Below, piece after piece: positions 25,871-38,194 of a DNA stretch of 64,000 bases; the first letter of the stretch is position 1, and each line of letters opens with the position of its first letter. The notes under the pieces are model-generated. The model was not told where the DNA came from and made no database searches. It saw only the letters and a list, made by a program, of their open reading frames with translations. The DNA comes from Octopus sinensis. Its lineage: Eukaryota. The stretch lies in contig NW_021833028.1 in the NCBI RefSeq assembly GCF_006345805.1, positions 124,001-188,000 of the forward strand, given 5' to 3'. The translations under genes were made by a program, and so were the position numbers.

Positions 25871-26581
25871 AACATTCTATACATATGGGCAATAGAGGAA
25901 ACCAATTTGTATGTATTCCTTGGTGTCCTTGAAGACAAGATAGCTTAAAAACGTCCGACCTGTCTGTTTGTTAGCTTAGCTATTGAAAAATTAGTATATT
26001 TTTAAGGAATCTTCGACGCTTTCAGCCATTTCGTCAATTCGGCGACGAATCGTATCATTACTCAAAGGTAAATTCTAGCCACATCAAAATGGTCGCACTA
26101 CTTTTAAAATTTCAGATGGATTACGTCCCAATATATCTTGTAAAAAAACTGCGATAGAAGGTATTATTAACAATTCACCCGAAACATGGTAGAATTATTT
26201 TTAGCAACAATATGAGCAATTTTGTAGTATGCAAGTAACCCATCTATGAAATAGGTTAAAAGGAATACTTTTTCGCGCAAGAGCATGATGAGTGATTAAC
26301 TTTTGAAGAGTTGTAGGTTCATCAATCTTGTTTTTATATTTTGAAAATATTCAAGCGAAGATCCGACTAGATTTGGATGTTTAGTCCTCAAATGGTGTAT
26401 TAATCTTGCTAATTTCATTCAACTATTGGCCAAAGGAATTTTGCAGATTATGCAAAAAGGCCTAGATTTGTTTCCACTGGAAGGGATAAATCCATATTTC
26501 AGATATTCTTTACGATAAATCAGAGGCGTACATGAATTACCACCAGACATGTGATTGACACGAGTATTTATAGGTATCAAA

Positions 26582-28401
26582 TAGAGGTGCCCGATTAATC
26601 GGCCGATAATCGGTAATCGGCATATCGGCCACTTTGCCGATTATCGGTAATCGGCAAAATCTGCCGATTAATCGGTAATGTAATTATTTTCCGAAATACA
26701 ATTGTATACAACAAAACGTTAAAAAACAAAATTTTTTAAAAGAATCAATAATTAAAGTCTAATGTTTTTAAATTATATTGAAGGTACATCATCATTTCTC
26801 CATTCTCTGGAAAAAGTCTATTTCTTTTCGGTTGATATATATTACCTCCAGTGCTGAAAACTCTTTCGCTTTCTACAGACGAAGCAGGAGCTGTTAAATA
26901 TTTCAACGCCATTTTACTTAAGCGGGGAAATATATTCGTGAAGTTCTTCCACCACGTAAATATATTATCAGTTCGTGGTATTAAATCTAGCTCTAAATAA
27001 TTTTGAAGTTCCGTCAAATAGCAATGTTGGTAATTTTTCTCCATAGACATAATTGGGTTAGAAGATGAAATTTGAGAAAATATTTCTTCAAATGTTAATG
27101 TTTCAGAATTTTGTATTTTTGTCAAAGAAATGGCATTTTCAGATAACTTCGTGTCAGGAGAATTACTATCCTTCATATTTTAACAATCAATTTTTTAATT
27201 CTTTCAATCATACAAGTCTTATGAAATCTTGTTTTAAATCTGGGATCCAATGTTGTTGTAATACATAGTGATTCGTTTTCAAAATAAAAGGTAAATCTTT
27301 TCAATAGAGGACATTAATTTTTCAATTGTTTCTTTGATTTCATAAAATTCACAAGATTCTTTTGCCTTTTCAAGAAATAAGAGAATTGTTTTGATTGAAG
27401 GAATAATCATGGAAGCAGTAGCACTCCTTTTCCTCGCTTCAATTGTTATTTCCTCAAATGGTTTCAAAATTTTAACAATTTTTTCTGCTGTTTCCCACTG
27501 TATATCTGATAATATTGAAAGATTATGATCAATTGCATATGTTACGAGAGCTTTTCGTTGTTCGATCACTCTCGATAACATGTAATAAGTAGATTGGAAT
27601 AATATGATTTAGTAATCGAATGAAACCAATATCACCAACAAATGAATAGAGTAATAAATTAACTGCAATCATTTCTCCAATTAATTTATGAACCTCTGGA
27701 ATCGTCGGAAAGGCTGCGACTCAACTCCTCACCGCCATTGGTAGAAAAATCTCCACAAAAACAAACGACCGGAGGGAGACGAGCTGGCTGTTCCAGCGAA
27801 TCTCGGTTGCTGTGCTCCGCGGAAACTGCCACTCAATACGCAGCGCGGCATCGTTGAGCTGACCCTCAGGCTCTCGACAATTCCCTTAGCCACCCAATTG
27901 CTTACTTTTTTCTTTCTTTCTTTAATAAAGATCACTTACAAAAAAAAAAAAATTTATGAATTATTTTTGATTTATGATCGTCAATATTCCACATATTTTT
28001 CTTTTCTATAACTTGAGTAAGTGTTAACTGCTTCAATTGAGCAAAAGGTCGTTTTTTCTGTAGCACAATTTGTTCTTTCAATTGTTCACTATGATAAACC
28101 CTAAGATGATTTATCATATTAGATGTTGTAAATGTCTTTCGCGTTCGTCCTCCTCTTGATATTAAAATATCGCATAATTTACATACGCAAAAAAACGATT
28201 ATCGTCTGAGACATCAAAAAATTTCCATACAACGCTCGACATGTTAAACAAAATATTTAATTACATTTTTAATAAAATAAATTACATATAAATATATTTT
28301 TATGTATAATATAATGGCCGATTAATCGGTATCGGTATCGGTGAAATTGGCCGATAATCGGTAATCGGCAAAATCCAAAAATGGTTATCGGTGCATCACT
28401 A
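26582..28401 (-). mobile_element. hAT (Ac/ZBED4-like) element with 8-bp TSD gtatcaaa
   Basis: TIRs tagaggtgcccgat and atcggtgcatcacta; subterminal aatcgg repeats; WW...FPRLSKMALKYLTAPASSVESERVFS; TSD at 26574-26581 and 29921-29928. Confidence 0.92.
27693..27950 (+). mobile_element. 5'-truncated CRE-clade retrotransposon with poly(A) and 10-bp TSD aatttatgaa
   Basis: ETSWLFQRISVAVLRGNCHSI C-terminus; AATAAA then A-tail; TSD at 27683-27692 and 27951-27960. Confidence 0.85.
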
Positions 28402-29918
28402 CAGTACCGCTCAAATGTTTCGGACCACCCTATTTTTCTCAATTTCCAAGTCAATCCTAAATTATTTTTATACGGTTCTTTAGAGAAACTTATTAGATAA
28501 GCTTAAATACATTTATTCTATTCTAAAATTTTCTTTAAATATTTTTGTTTGGCGCCAATTGAATATAATTGATTTTTGACTCGATCATATGTTCCGGACC
28601 AGTTGCAATCATATGTTTCGAACCAGTTAAATCTCTTTAAATTTAAATAATTTTTGATTCAATTAAAAACAAAAGACTAATAAATAACAAATGCCGCGTG
28701 TTTCACTGGTTGATCGGGTCGCTATCATCACTTTTTTTAAAGATGGAGCTTCACAAAGAGAAATTGCCGAAAAATTAAAAATATCCAAAACTGCTGTTCA
28801 AAGAACAATTTCCAGATATTCATCCGTTGGACTATATTCCGACAGACCCAAATCTGGTCGACCGAGATTGTTATCCCCAAGATCTGAACGCAAATTAGTG
28901 AGAATTTCGAAGCAGACCCCACAAAAACGGCAAATCAAATTAAATTTGATATGAAATTAAATTCTATTGTAAGCACAAATACAATTAAAAGATGCCTACA
29001 AAGAAATAATTTGAATGGGCGAAAGCAATGCCCAAAACCAAGTCTTTCCATATGCCATAAAAAGGCTAGAAAAAATTGGTGCATTGAGAAATTAACTTGG
29101 AGCCAAAATGATTGGGGTAAAATTATTTTTAGTGATGAATGCAAAATAAATTTGCATTCAAACACAAAAAATTATGTTAGAAGGCCACCAAACTCTAGAT
29201 TTGACTCAAAATATTGTTTAAAAACACGAAAATTTTCTCCTAGCATTATGGTCTGGGGAATATTGCTGCAAATGGATGGAGAAACATTGTCTTATGCATT
29301 AAAAATGTTGATTCCGCAGAGTATCAGAGAATTATAAATGTTGGACTCGAAAATTTTTATGATGAGACCATGTATCTCCAGCAAGACGGCGCTCCTTCCC
29401 ATCGGTCCATGTCGACAATGAATTTTTTTCAAAGGAAACAAATAAAAATCTTAGAAACTTGGCCGAGCCAGTCACCCGAACTGAATATTATTGAAAATAT
29501 GTGGTCGGTACTAAAACAAAAACTTTATGATCTGGAACCAAAAGATCTTCCAGAGCTCTGGAATTTGACCAAAAAAATTTGGTACGAGATTGATAATTCG
29601 TACATTGAAAAATTATACAATTCACTTCCAGAGCGAATAAATGCTGTTATAACGAACAACGGAGGAAATATTAATTATTAACTTTTTATAAGTTTAATAA
29701 ATTTTCGGTTTTTTTAAACTGGTCCGGAACATATGATCGAGTATAAAATCGATAATTTTAAAATTGCGCCAAACATGAATATCTGTCCAAGTTTTTTAAA
29801 TAGAATAAATGTGTTTAAGCTTATCTAATAAGTTTCTCTAAAGAACCGTATAAAAATAATTTAGGATTGACTTGGAAATTGAGAAAATAGGGTGGTCCGA
29901 AACATTTGAGCGGTACTG
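28402..29918 (+). mobile_element. Near full-length Tc1 element with long TIRs, inserted in the terminal TA of the hAT
   Basis: TIRs cagtaccgctcaaatgtttcggaccaccc at both ends, >200 bp; paired-like HTH, FSDE, QQDGAPSH, SPELNIIENMW; frameshifts. Confidence 0.95.
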
Positions 29919-30539
29919 TAGTATCAAATGATAATGGTTAACTATTGTAATGTACTAATTACTGATAATAAAAAAATATTAAAAAAATAATACCATGTAC
30001 CAATTTTTTTTCCATGCACCGTTCGAGTATTTTCCATGTACCAAAAATGGTGTACATGCACCACGGTTAAAAATCACTGGTCTAAACCATTAATAAAACA
30101 GACTTGACTTTAAGTTGAAGAGAAAACTTACATCATACTCTGAAATTACTTTTTTTATTATGACCACTTTTCATGATAAAATAATGCCGGCGACAGAGAA
30201 GTTCAATTTTATCGGCGCCGAACGAATTACTAGTTTTTTTTCAATTTTCCGCTTCAAATGAAGTCTTTAGATTAAAAAGATTAATACTTATCATTTTTAA
30301 ACAAAAATGATAATCTTTTTCACCCAACCGGCGTCGACCCGGATATTCATATTCTCCGGGAATATCCCAATTAACACTTTCTTAATTTGATTGTATTCGG
30401 AAATATTTCTAACGTAAAATTAATTTACTTAATTTACTTTTGAGTAGGCCATTTTTAAAGATAATTCAATTGAATTTTTAATCAGAATTTTGATTTATCT
30501 ATACTCTCCCATATATAAATGCTATATTCACTATTTAAT

Positions 30540-30800
30540 ACTTGTCCCGCGGTTGTCGTGGATAAACGTAAATGGACAAACTTAAAAGTTCTTTTTTGAA
30601 AAATATGGCGAGCAAAAAGTGGGGACTGTATTTAGTGGCTGTGCCTTCATACATTTATACACCACCGAGTGATTTAGGATGGTTCTGTTAAGCAAAAGTT
30701 TTCTTGGAGTGAATCAATGTTCAGATTTTCGAGGGCAAGAAATTCTGCGATTGTGGATAAGTGTCATTCTCTTGTTTTAATTACTCGCAGAATACCCGAC
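30540..30800 (-). mobile_element. Degenerate mariner-like remnant
   Basis: Weak similarity to the mariner HDNA..H / HP.YSPDLAP region. Confidence 0.3.
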
Positions 30801-31247
30801 CTCCTCAGAAAGATAGTCGGCTTTTTTAACTTTTGAGAAACTGGAAAAGCATTAATTCGTTTTTGCAAGATCTTGATAAAATATAATGGACGATGGGAAT
30901 TAAAAAAGATAGTTTTAAAAATAGTGCTTCATAAAATACCTCGGAATCTTCATTGCTCGGAAGAAAATGGATGCTCGCGAGTCCTCTTGGTTGGGGAAGA
31001 GGATCTCGCTTACAAACGTGCGCGGGAACGCAAGCAAATCCGTTCGGCTGGGCTATAACCCCTGAATAAATCTTTAATTTTAGTTTAATTTGACGGCTAT
31101 ATATAAACAAAAATAGTAATTAAAAAAAACTTTTATTAATCAAATTTATTTTAATACAGTATATTTAATCTAAAGAATTTAATGATACATTTAATATATT
31201 ATAAAATATTTTAAATTTAAATAAATTAATTTGACATTCTGACCATA

Positions 31248-32879
31248 ATGGCCCACACAATTCCAAAACAATCATATCAAGACACACCAAGGCATTAAAA
31301 AATAAATAAATAATAGAATGAACAAGCTGTCACAATCATTCTATACTCGCTACCAACATCCCACTCAATTCTTCGTGAGAGCCCCAGGGCGAGTCAACCT
31401 CATCGGTACAAACCTCTGCCAAATTTACAGGCGAGCACATTGACTACTGTGGGTACGGGGTGTGTCCCATGGCCATTGAACAGTGTGCCATCGTGGCTGT
31501 CGCAACCAACCAAATGTCTCAAATAAACATTTCGAACACTAAAACAGATTTATATCCGTTTTTTGTTTATTGAATAATTCAGAGATCATTACACCACTAC
31601 CGACCAACTTGTCTTGGCAAATCAAGGCTGGGCTGATTACGTGTTGTGTGGGCTCATTGGCATGTCTCGGTACCTTGAACTAGAAGTACTACCATATGGA
31701 CTTGATGTAGTTTTTTTTTGATTTTAAAAATTCAGATTTTGGTGGATGGAGATATTCCCCCATCAGCTGGCCTTTCGAGTTCGAGTGCCCTAGTGTGTGC
31801 TTCGGCAGTAGTAATCTATCACATGTTTTCCCCACAGGAATTTCTGCTGTATTTATTTATTGTTAATTACTATTATTAATTAATTAGTTTGAATTAATTA
31901 TTATTTATTAATAGAATAATTTAGCTGATTTATGCGCTCAGTTTGAGAGGTTGATTGGAACCCAAGGAGGGGGAATGGATCAGGCGGCGTCATTCCTATC
32001 AACTTCAGGCTCTGTAAAAAATTTTTGTCATTTTTGGCATGTTCGATTGAATTTGACCCTTTGAGGACATCATTAGTGACCCTTCCTAAAGGAATGTCTT
32101 TTGTGGTGGCCAATTCTGGTGTTAAAATGAATAAAGCTGCCACTTTTCAATTCAACACTCGAGTCGCTGAGTGCCGTTTAGCAGCAATGGTCTGTTTTTA
32201 CGTCAAAATTTATTTTTAGCTTATTTCTAAACGAAAGTCGATTGCAAAGTCACCAATTACGAAATTGGCCAGTCTTCAACTTCTGTTAGGTTCAACTTTA
32301 GAAGAAATGATTGATATCGTTAAAAGTGAGTTCCACACGTATTGCTACACACGTGCCGAAATTGCTTCTGAGCTTGAAATGGAGGAAGGCGAGCTCATCG
32401 AGCGGGTTTTGCCCTCAAATCTGGGACATGGTTTTTGTGTCGTTTCAAATACAAGTCGTGGAGTTTGATCTTTTTTTTCGGTCGATGCATGTTTTTGGGG
32501 AGGCTTTGAGAGTTAAAGAGTTTTTGAAAGCAACTGAAGATGTTTGTTCGAGTGAGAAAGTGGCTCAGAGACTGGGGTTGTTAATGGATGAGAGTCACCA
32601 CAGCTGTTCAGTGCTTTATGACTGTAGTTGTCCTCTTTTAGATGAATTAGTCGCTTCTTGTCGGTTTGAGTGGTTGAGAGGTATTTTAGTGCTTCGGGTG
32701 CTCTGGGGAGTCGTTTGACAGGAGCTGGATGGGGTGGGTGTTGTGTGTCACTTGTGCCCAGTCATCTTGCTGACTCGTTTGTGGAAAGTGTGATGGATTC
32801 TTATTACAGGCCAAATAATATTTCTTCAGATATTTTTGTCACACTCCCGTCTACGGGTCTCTACATCATAATAAATTAA
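31248..32879 (+). CDS. GALK2: N-acetylgalactosamine kinase (GHMP family), many micro-introns
   Basis: [64 protein letters not shown]. Confidence 0.93.
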
Positions 32880-33437
32880 CATTTTTATTGATGATACTAA
32901 TAAACTTAATTTTGAATGAAATATGTCTAGGTCCAGAGGTGTTCTGCAATTAAACATTTGCTTGTTGCGCCAAACCACACTTAAATCTTTTAAAAAATAG
33001 AATTTACGCAAAAAAGATTTTGGAAGAGGTTTGACTTACCTGTTTTTCAAAAATAAACTAATGATGTTCCATTTTTTGGGGAATCTAAAAAATTCTTCAA
33101 TACACCTGAGCAAGTCACATTCTGTGGATAATTAAAACTAAAAGATAGCATACATCCGCGATTTCTGAATTTTTAATTCTTAAATACGTATTCAAAAATA
33201 AAGAAAGTCTAAATGTTTACTTATTTAAGAAGACATTTACAAAGCTATTAATGAAAAAGTTGAATACACGCCACATTCATTTTTGTGAGTATATTCTTTT
33301 TCGAAAGAAAAAAATCAAAAAAACAAGCTCGATCTGCGAGCATGCAAGAGAACAGTTAGATTCCGGCCAAGCAAATAGGTGGCGAGTAAGTGTGGTGGAG
33401 ACTTACTGGGGTTTGACTGTACTTGGTTATTAATAAT

Positions 33438-35212
33438 TAGGGCAATTTAAGTTAAAAAAGTTAAAATATATGAAAATGTGTATTTTGGCTTAAAAGTAAA
33501 AATAAAGTATTTTTTAAATGAAATAGTTACTTATTAAAGAAAAAAATAAGGTTAAAAAGTTAAAAAAAATTTTTTTATAAAGTTAAAAATTTTAACTTTA
33601 TTTAAAATAGCGCGTGGGTGTTTAGTATGCCAAGAACTGCAAAAATAATGTATTTTAAGGCAAAAAAATTGTTATTGAATATCCGCTGGAGTTTTTATTA
33701 CGAGAGAATGGCGAGTTGCAATGTCAACTTTGCTTATGCACAGTCAGGTGTGAGAAAAAGCATTTTGTGAATTCTCACCGAGAATCGAAGAAGCACTCAA
33801 ATTTATTAAGTTTTTACAAATTAATATAATTTTTAGAGAGATAATTTCTATCAGCCTTGTTTGGACGAGTTACCCAATGATGACTGGTCAATGCAAGTCA
33901 CTAAAGCATTTATTCAATGCGATATACCCTTGCATAAATTGACTATGCCTCCTCTAAAGAATTTATTCAAGAATACTTCTTTGCCTCTTCCTTCCAATAC
34001 AAAGCAAGAATGTGCGTTAAACAATTGAAAACTGAATATATTGTATTATTTCAAGAAAAGTTTAGGTTTATGAATATATAATTTTTTAGAAATCAACTTG
34101 TATTCGCCATAAGTGACGAGGTCACTATTCGTAGTCAAAAATTTGTTGCAGTTTTAATGGGGATACTTAAAAATCCCGATAAAACTTATTTGATTTCTTT
34201 CGTAAAAATTGATAAAACTTCTACCAAAGAAACAATTATTCAAATTGTTGACGATACGATTAAATGCGTTTTAATTGAAAGACAAAATTTCCTTCTCCTA
34301 ATAACAGATTCCGCTAATATATGCTAGCAGGTTTTAATTTAACATATAATTATAGCTGGAAAAGTTCTTAAGCTTTATATCCAAGGTTATTTCACGTAAC
34401 TTGTGTTGCTCATCTGATGCATAATTGTTCAATGAAAATCAGGACTATTTATCCTGAAATTGATTCTCTTATTGCATCAATTCAAGCGGCAATAACAAAA
34501 AATAACAAGAGAAAACGACTATTTAATGAAATTGGAATTCCACCTCATGTAGTTTTAACTAGATGGGGTACCTGGCTAACTGCTGCATTTTATTATGCAA
34601 AAAATTTAATACATGTGATAAACATTTTCAAAACAATTCCTGATGATGGAATCATTGTTCAGGCTGCAAAAAATAGCCTAAGAGATGAATCTCTAGTAAA
34701 AAGCTTAAGTTCTATTGTTAGAAATTATTCGACAATTCCAGGTAAAACTAGTTTAATAATAGCAGAATTATTGTGCAAATTTGAAAGTTCTCACTCCTCA
34801 ATAGAGTTAGCTTACAATGAGCTAAAGATTTAAAATTTGACGACGAATCAGATATAATTGAAAAATATTTGAATGAACGATTACAAAAAAATGATTTATG
34901 TCAAATTATAAGAATGACAAATTCATCAATTTCTCCTGAAGAATATTGTATGCTTTTAAAGTGTCAGCCTTCATCCTCTTCCATAGAACGATGCTTCTCT
35001 CAAATTAAAAACTTTATGAGGGATAACAGAAATTTTAATATTGAAAATATAGAGAATTATGTTATATGTTTGTATAATAAATGATTCTTAAGTTAAAATT
35101 TGTTAAGTTAAAATTTTTGTTTTATAGGTTAAAATTTGGTTATTTGTAGGTTAAAAAGTTAAAATTTTTAGGTTAAAAAATCGAAGTTTTTAGGTTAAAA
35201 AAAATTGCCCTA
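33438..35212 (+). mobile_element. hAT (CGGBP1-like) transposon, degenerate transposase
   Basis: TIRs tagggcaattt and aaattgcccta; ggttaaaa subterminal repeats; HVTCVAHLMHNC, TRWGTWL, SSSIERCFS. Confidence 0.88.
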
Positions 35213-35214
35213 TT

Positions 35215-36620
35215 TAGGGCGAACTAAGTTAAAAAAGTTAAAATTTAATAATAGTAAATAAATAATAATTTAAATGATTTTTTAACTATATTTTATTATA
35301 AATAAATGCATATTAAACAATATTATTAGGTTAAAAAGTTAAAATTTAAAATTATAAGGTTAAAATTATTTTAACCGTATTAATTTTTTTTTTTTTTTTT
35401 TAAATAAATAAGATTTAATTAACAAAATTGGAATTCCACCTCAATGAAATTCCACCTCAATTGGAATTCCACCTCATTCCACCTGTTCATCAAAAAAAAA
35501 AAATTCTAAGAGAAAAAAAAAAAAAAAAAAAAAAATTAACAAAACAATTGTCAGTTAACTAAATTAACCCAGCCGAACGGATTGCTTGCGCGTTCCCGCG
35601 CACGATTGCGAGTGAGATCCTCTGCCTCAACCAAGAGGAAGCCTCAACTTCTGCCTCAACTTATTAATTTATTAAATTAACAATTAATAATACATTTTGT
35701 GACAAAAATTTTTGGTTGACATGCCTAAGATAGCAAAATCGTATCAAATCAAAGCTAAAGCCATTGTTAAGGATTATCCGCAAGAATTTATGATTCTTGA
35801 GGATTGTGTATTATATTTGGTTCAAAGGGAAAATTTCCTTTTGTTAATTTCGGATGCCGCAAATTATATGAAATCAGGTAAAATTTCATGTTTAAGTTTT
35901 AGCTGGCAAAATACTTAAAAATCTGTACCCCAAGTTATTCCATGTCACATGTACTGTTCATCTATTACACAATTGTTGTGAGAAAATAAAAGCCTCCTAT
36001 CCGGAAATTGATTTGATGATTGCTACTGTACAAGCAGCAATTAACAAGAACAATACAAGAAAACGAATATTTAAAGACAGAAACATCGCCATTCCACCTC
36101 GTGTGCATTTGACAAGATGGGGGAGTTGGCTTAAGTTCGAACAGCTAAAGAAAGTCTTCGAAACCATGTATTAGTGAGCAGTCTATGTGACCTTATCCGA
36201 AGCTATTCAAACATTCCAGGTTTTCGAGTAAATGTCGCTATTGCAGATATTATTACGAAATTTGAAAGTACGCGCTTCACAATTGAACAGGCATATTATT
36301 GTTTAGAATCGTTGGAATTTGGAATGACAACAAATTTATCAAAGAATACATAATTAAAAGGCTTAAAACAAACGATATTTCGAACATAATTAGAATGACT
36401 AATTCACAAATATCTCCTGCCGAGTATGCATTACTTCTGAATTGTCAGCCGACCTCGTGCTCGGTTGAAAGAACTTTCTCTCTAATAAAGAGTTTTCTAA
36501 GATCCAACCGAAATTTTCTACAAGAAAATTTAGAAAATTATGTAATTTGTATGTGCAACAAACACTTTTAGTGTTTTTATTGTTTATTTATAAAGTTAAA
36601 TTTTTGGGTTAACAAAACAT
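35215..36620 (+). mobile_element. Second related hAT copy, internally deleted, starting 2 bp after the first
   Basis: Starts tagggcgaactaagttaaaaaagttaaaa; HVTCTVH, TRWGSWL, SCSVERTFS; insertion at ~35384-35690; no clear right TIR. Confidence 0.8.
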
Positions 36621-37559
36621 TTATTTATTCTCATGTATTTTTTCCAACTTGGGCTAATAATCACCCTCTGGTCGTTTCTTATTAAACTATCAGATTTCCG
36701 AGGTTCTTTGAAAATTCCCATATGGATCCCCAATTCCGTCAGGATACAGGTGTCCACATGCCTCTCTCTCTTCATTAGCTATGCGCTTACGTCAGACTAC
36801 TGCGAAGCATGGTCTCGTCTAATCAGCTTTGCTCCACTTGAGCTTTGGAACCTCAATCCGCACTGGGAGGAACCCACTTTTTCTCTCGACATTGATCAAA
36901 AAACATCAACTAAATCTCTTTGCACCAAATAACAACCTTCCCAGATGCTAATTACAAACGTCTTCAAAATAATAAAAAGAACATCTCATACTGTCCGAAA
37001 ATGTGCCAATATCAAACGAGCCAAAGGTGACGTCCGAGCTGCGATTCCCACGACACAGTGCTAAAACCGACTCTGATGTCCTTACCTATCTGAGATCAAT
37101 TAGCATCTGGGAAAGTTCAGCTCTCTGGATAAGGCCATCAGCTACTTCACGAAGATAATTATGGAAACAAGAGCAATGGCCATATGTAAACTTGAACCTC
37201 ATTCTGCTAGTGGTTGAAGGAGGTCTGCCTTTGCCAAGTAAAGAAATCGCCTCAAGAAATTTTACCAAATGAATTCGGATATAATCATCAGTATCAGAAC
37301 ATTGAATAGCGAATTAAAGGCGAGAAAAAATCGATATAAGTGTTTAAAATGGAATCGGGTTCTTAGAGCCGTGAACCGAAATTGATCGAAGATGTGTGGA
37401 AAGCCATTTTGCACTGGCGACGTAATCACATTTACAGGGGAATATGTTCAAAGGAGGTGAATAACCTAACCAAGTTTTTATGCAAAAATAGCACACAAGA
37501 AGCACAGGAAATCAGACACACTACTCTCAAACAAAAGATTTAAAAAACAGTCGGCACCT

Positions 37560-37900
37560 CTTCTTTTCTCGGTAAAAGAGATGTTGGATATTTGCATACA
37601 GGCACTAATAAGGCTGATACTAAAACCTGGTAGACCAAGAGACGACCCTTCGGTTTTTACTGCGGTCTTTTGTTTAAATAATATAAAAAGTAAAAATTTG
37701 GTTTTGGAAATATGTTTACCACCGGTGGAACATTTTACAAAAAACAAAAATCACCAAAGGAAGCCAGGATTTGCAGGAAACCTCACCTCCACTTTCATTC
37801 AGACATCGACAAAAAGTAGATTCGCAGAAGAGCGGGTTAAGTATCCGTAAAACTTCCTGGAAGACGATTCGTTACTGCCTTTATGGGGTTAAACGTATAA
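37560..37900 (+). mobile_element. Degenerate LINE RT fragment
   Basis: LILKPGRPRDDPS...QRKPGF, matching ILKPGKPKEQPGSYRP of the 20565 element. Confidence 0.55.
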
Positions 37901-38194
37901 AACGTAATTTTGGTCTAGAAATGCACTTTTTGCCACAAATTATAAATTTTAATATTCTTGAGTTAGCTTGAGTTTGATTTTTTCGGTCTGACGTGTACAC
38001 AGTCAGTAAATAAGTTGTGGACAATTACCATAAATCTGAAATCATAAACAGCAGGTAAGACAATTACATTGAATTGCCCTTGGACTCTGAGTTCTCTTCG
38101 GCTGTAGGATGCTGATCCCCAAATGGCCTTGAATAAACCTGATTATTTGACCAGATAGCGGGGATGGGACGCAATTTATTCCGATTACAAGTTT

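Larger units (their letters stand above)
25990..30079 (-). mobile_element. Buster-type hAT, 5' end plus BED/N-terminal transposase, interrupted by nested elements
   Basis: 5' TIR ggttaaaaatcactg ending 30079 followed by gtctaaac; YRKEYLKYGF..RPFCIIC...HLRTKHP and LPLSNDTIRRRIDEMA at 26000-26560. Confidence 0.8.
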
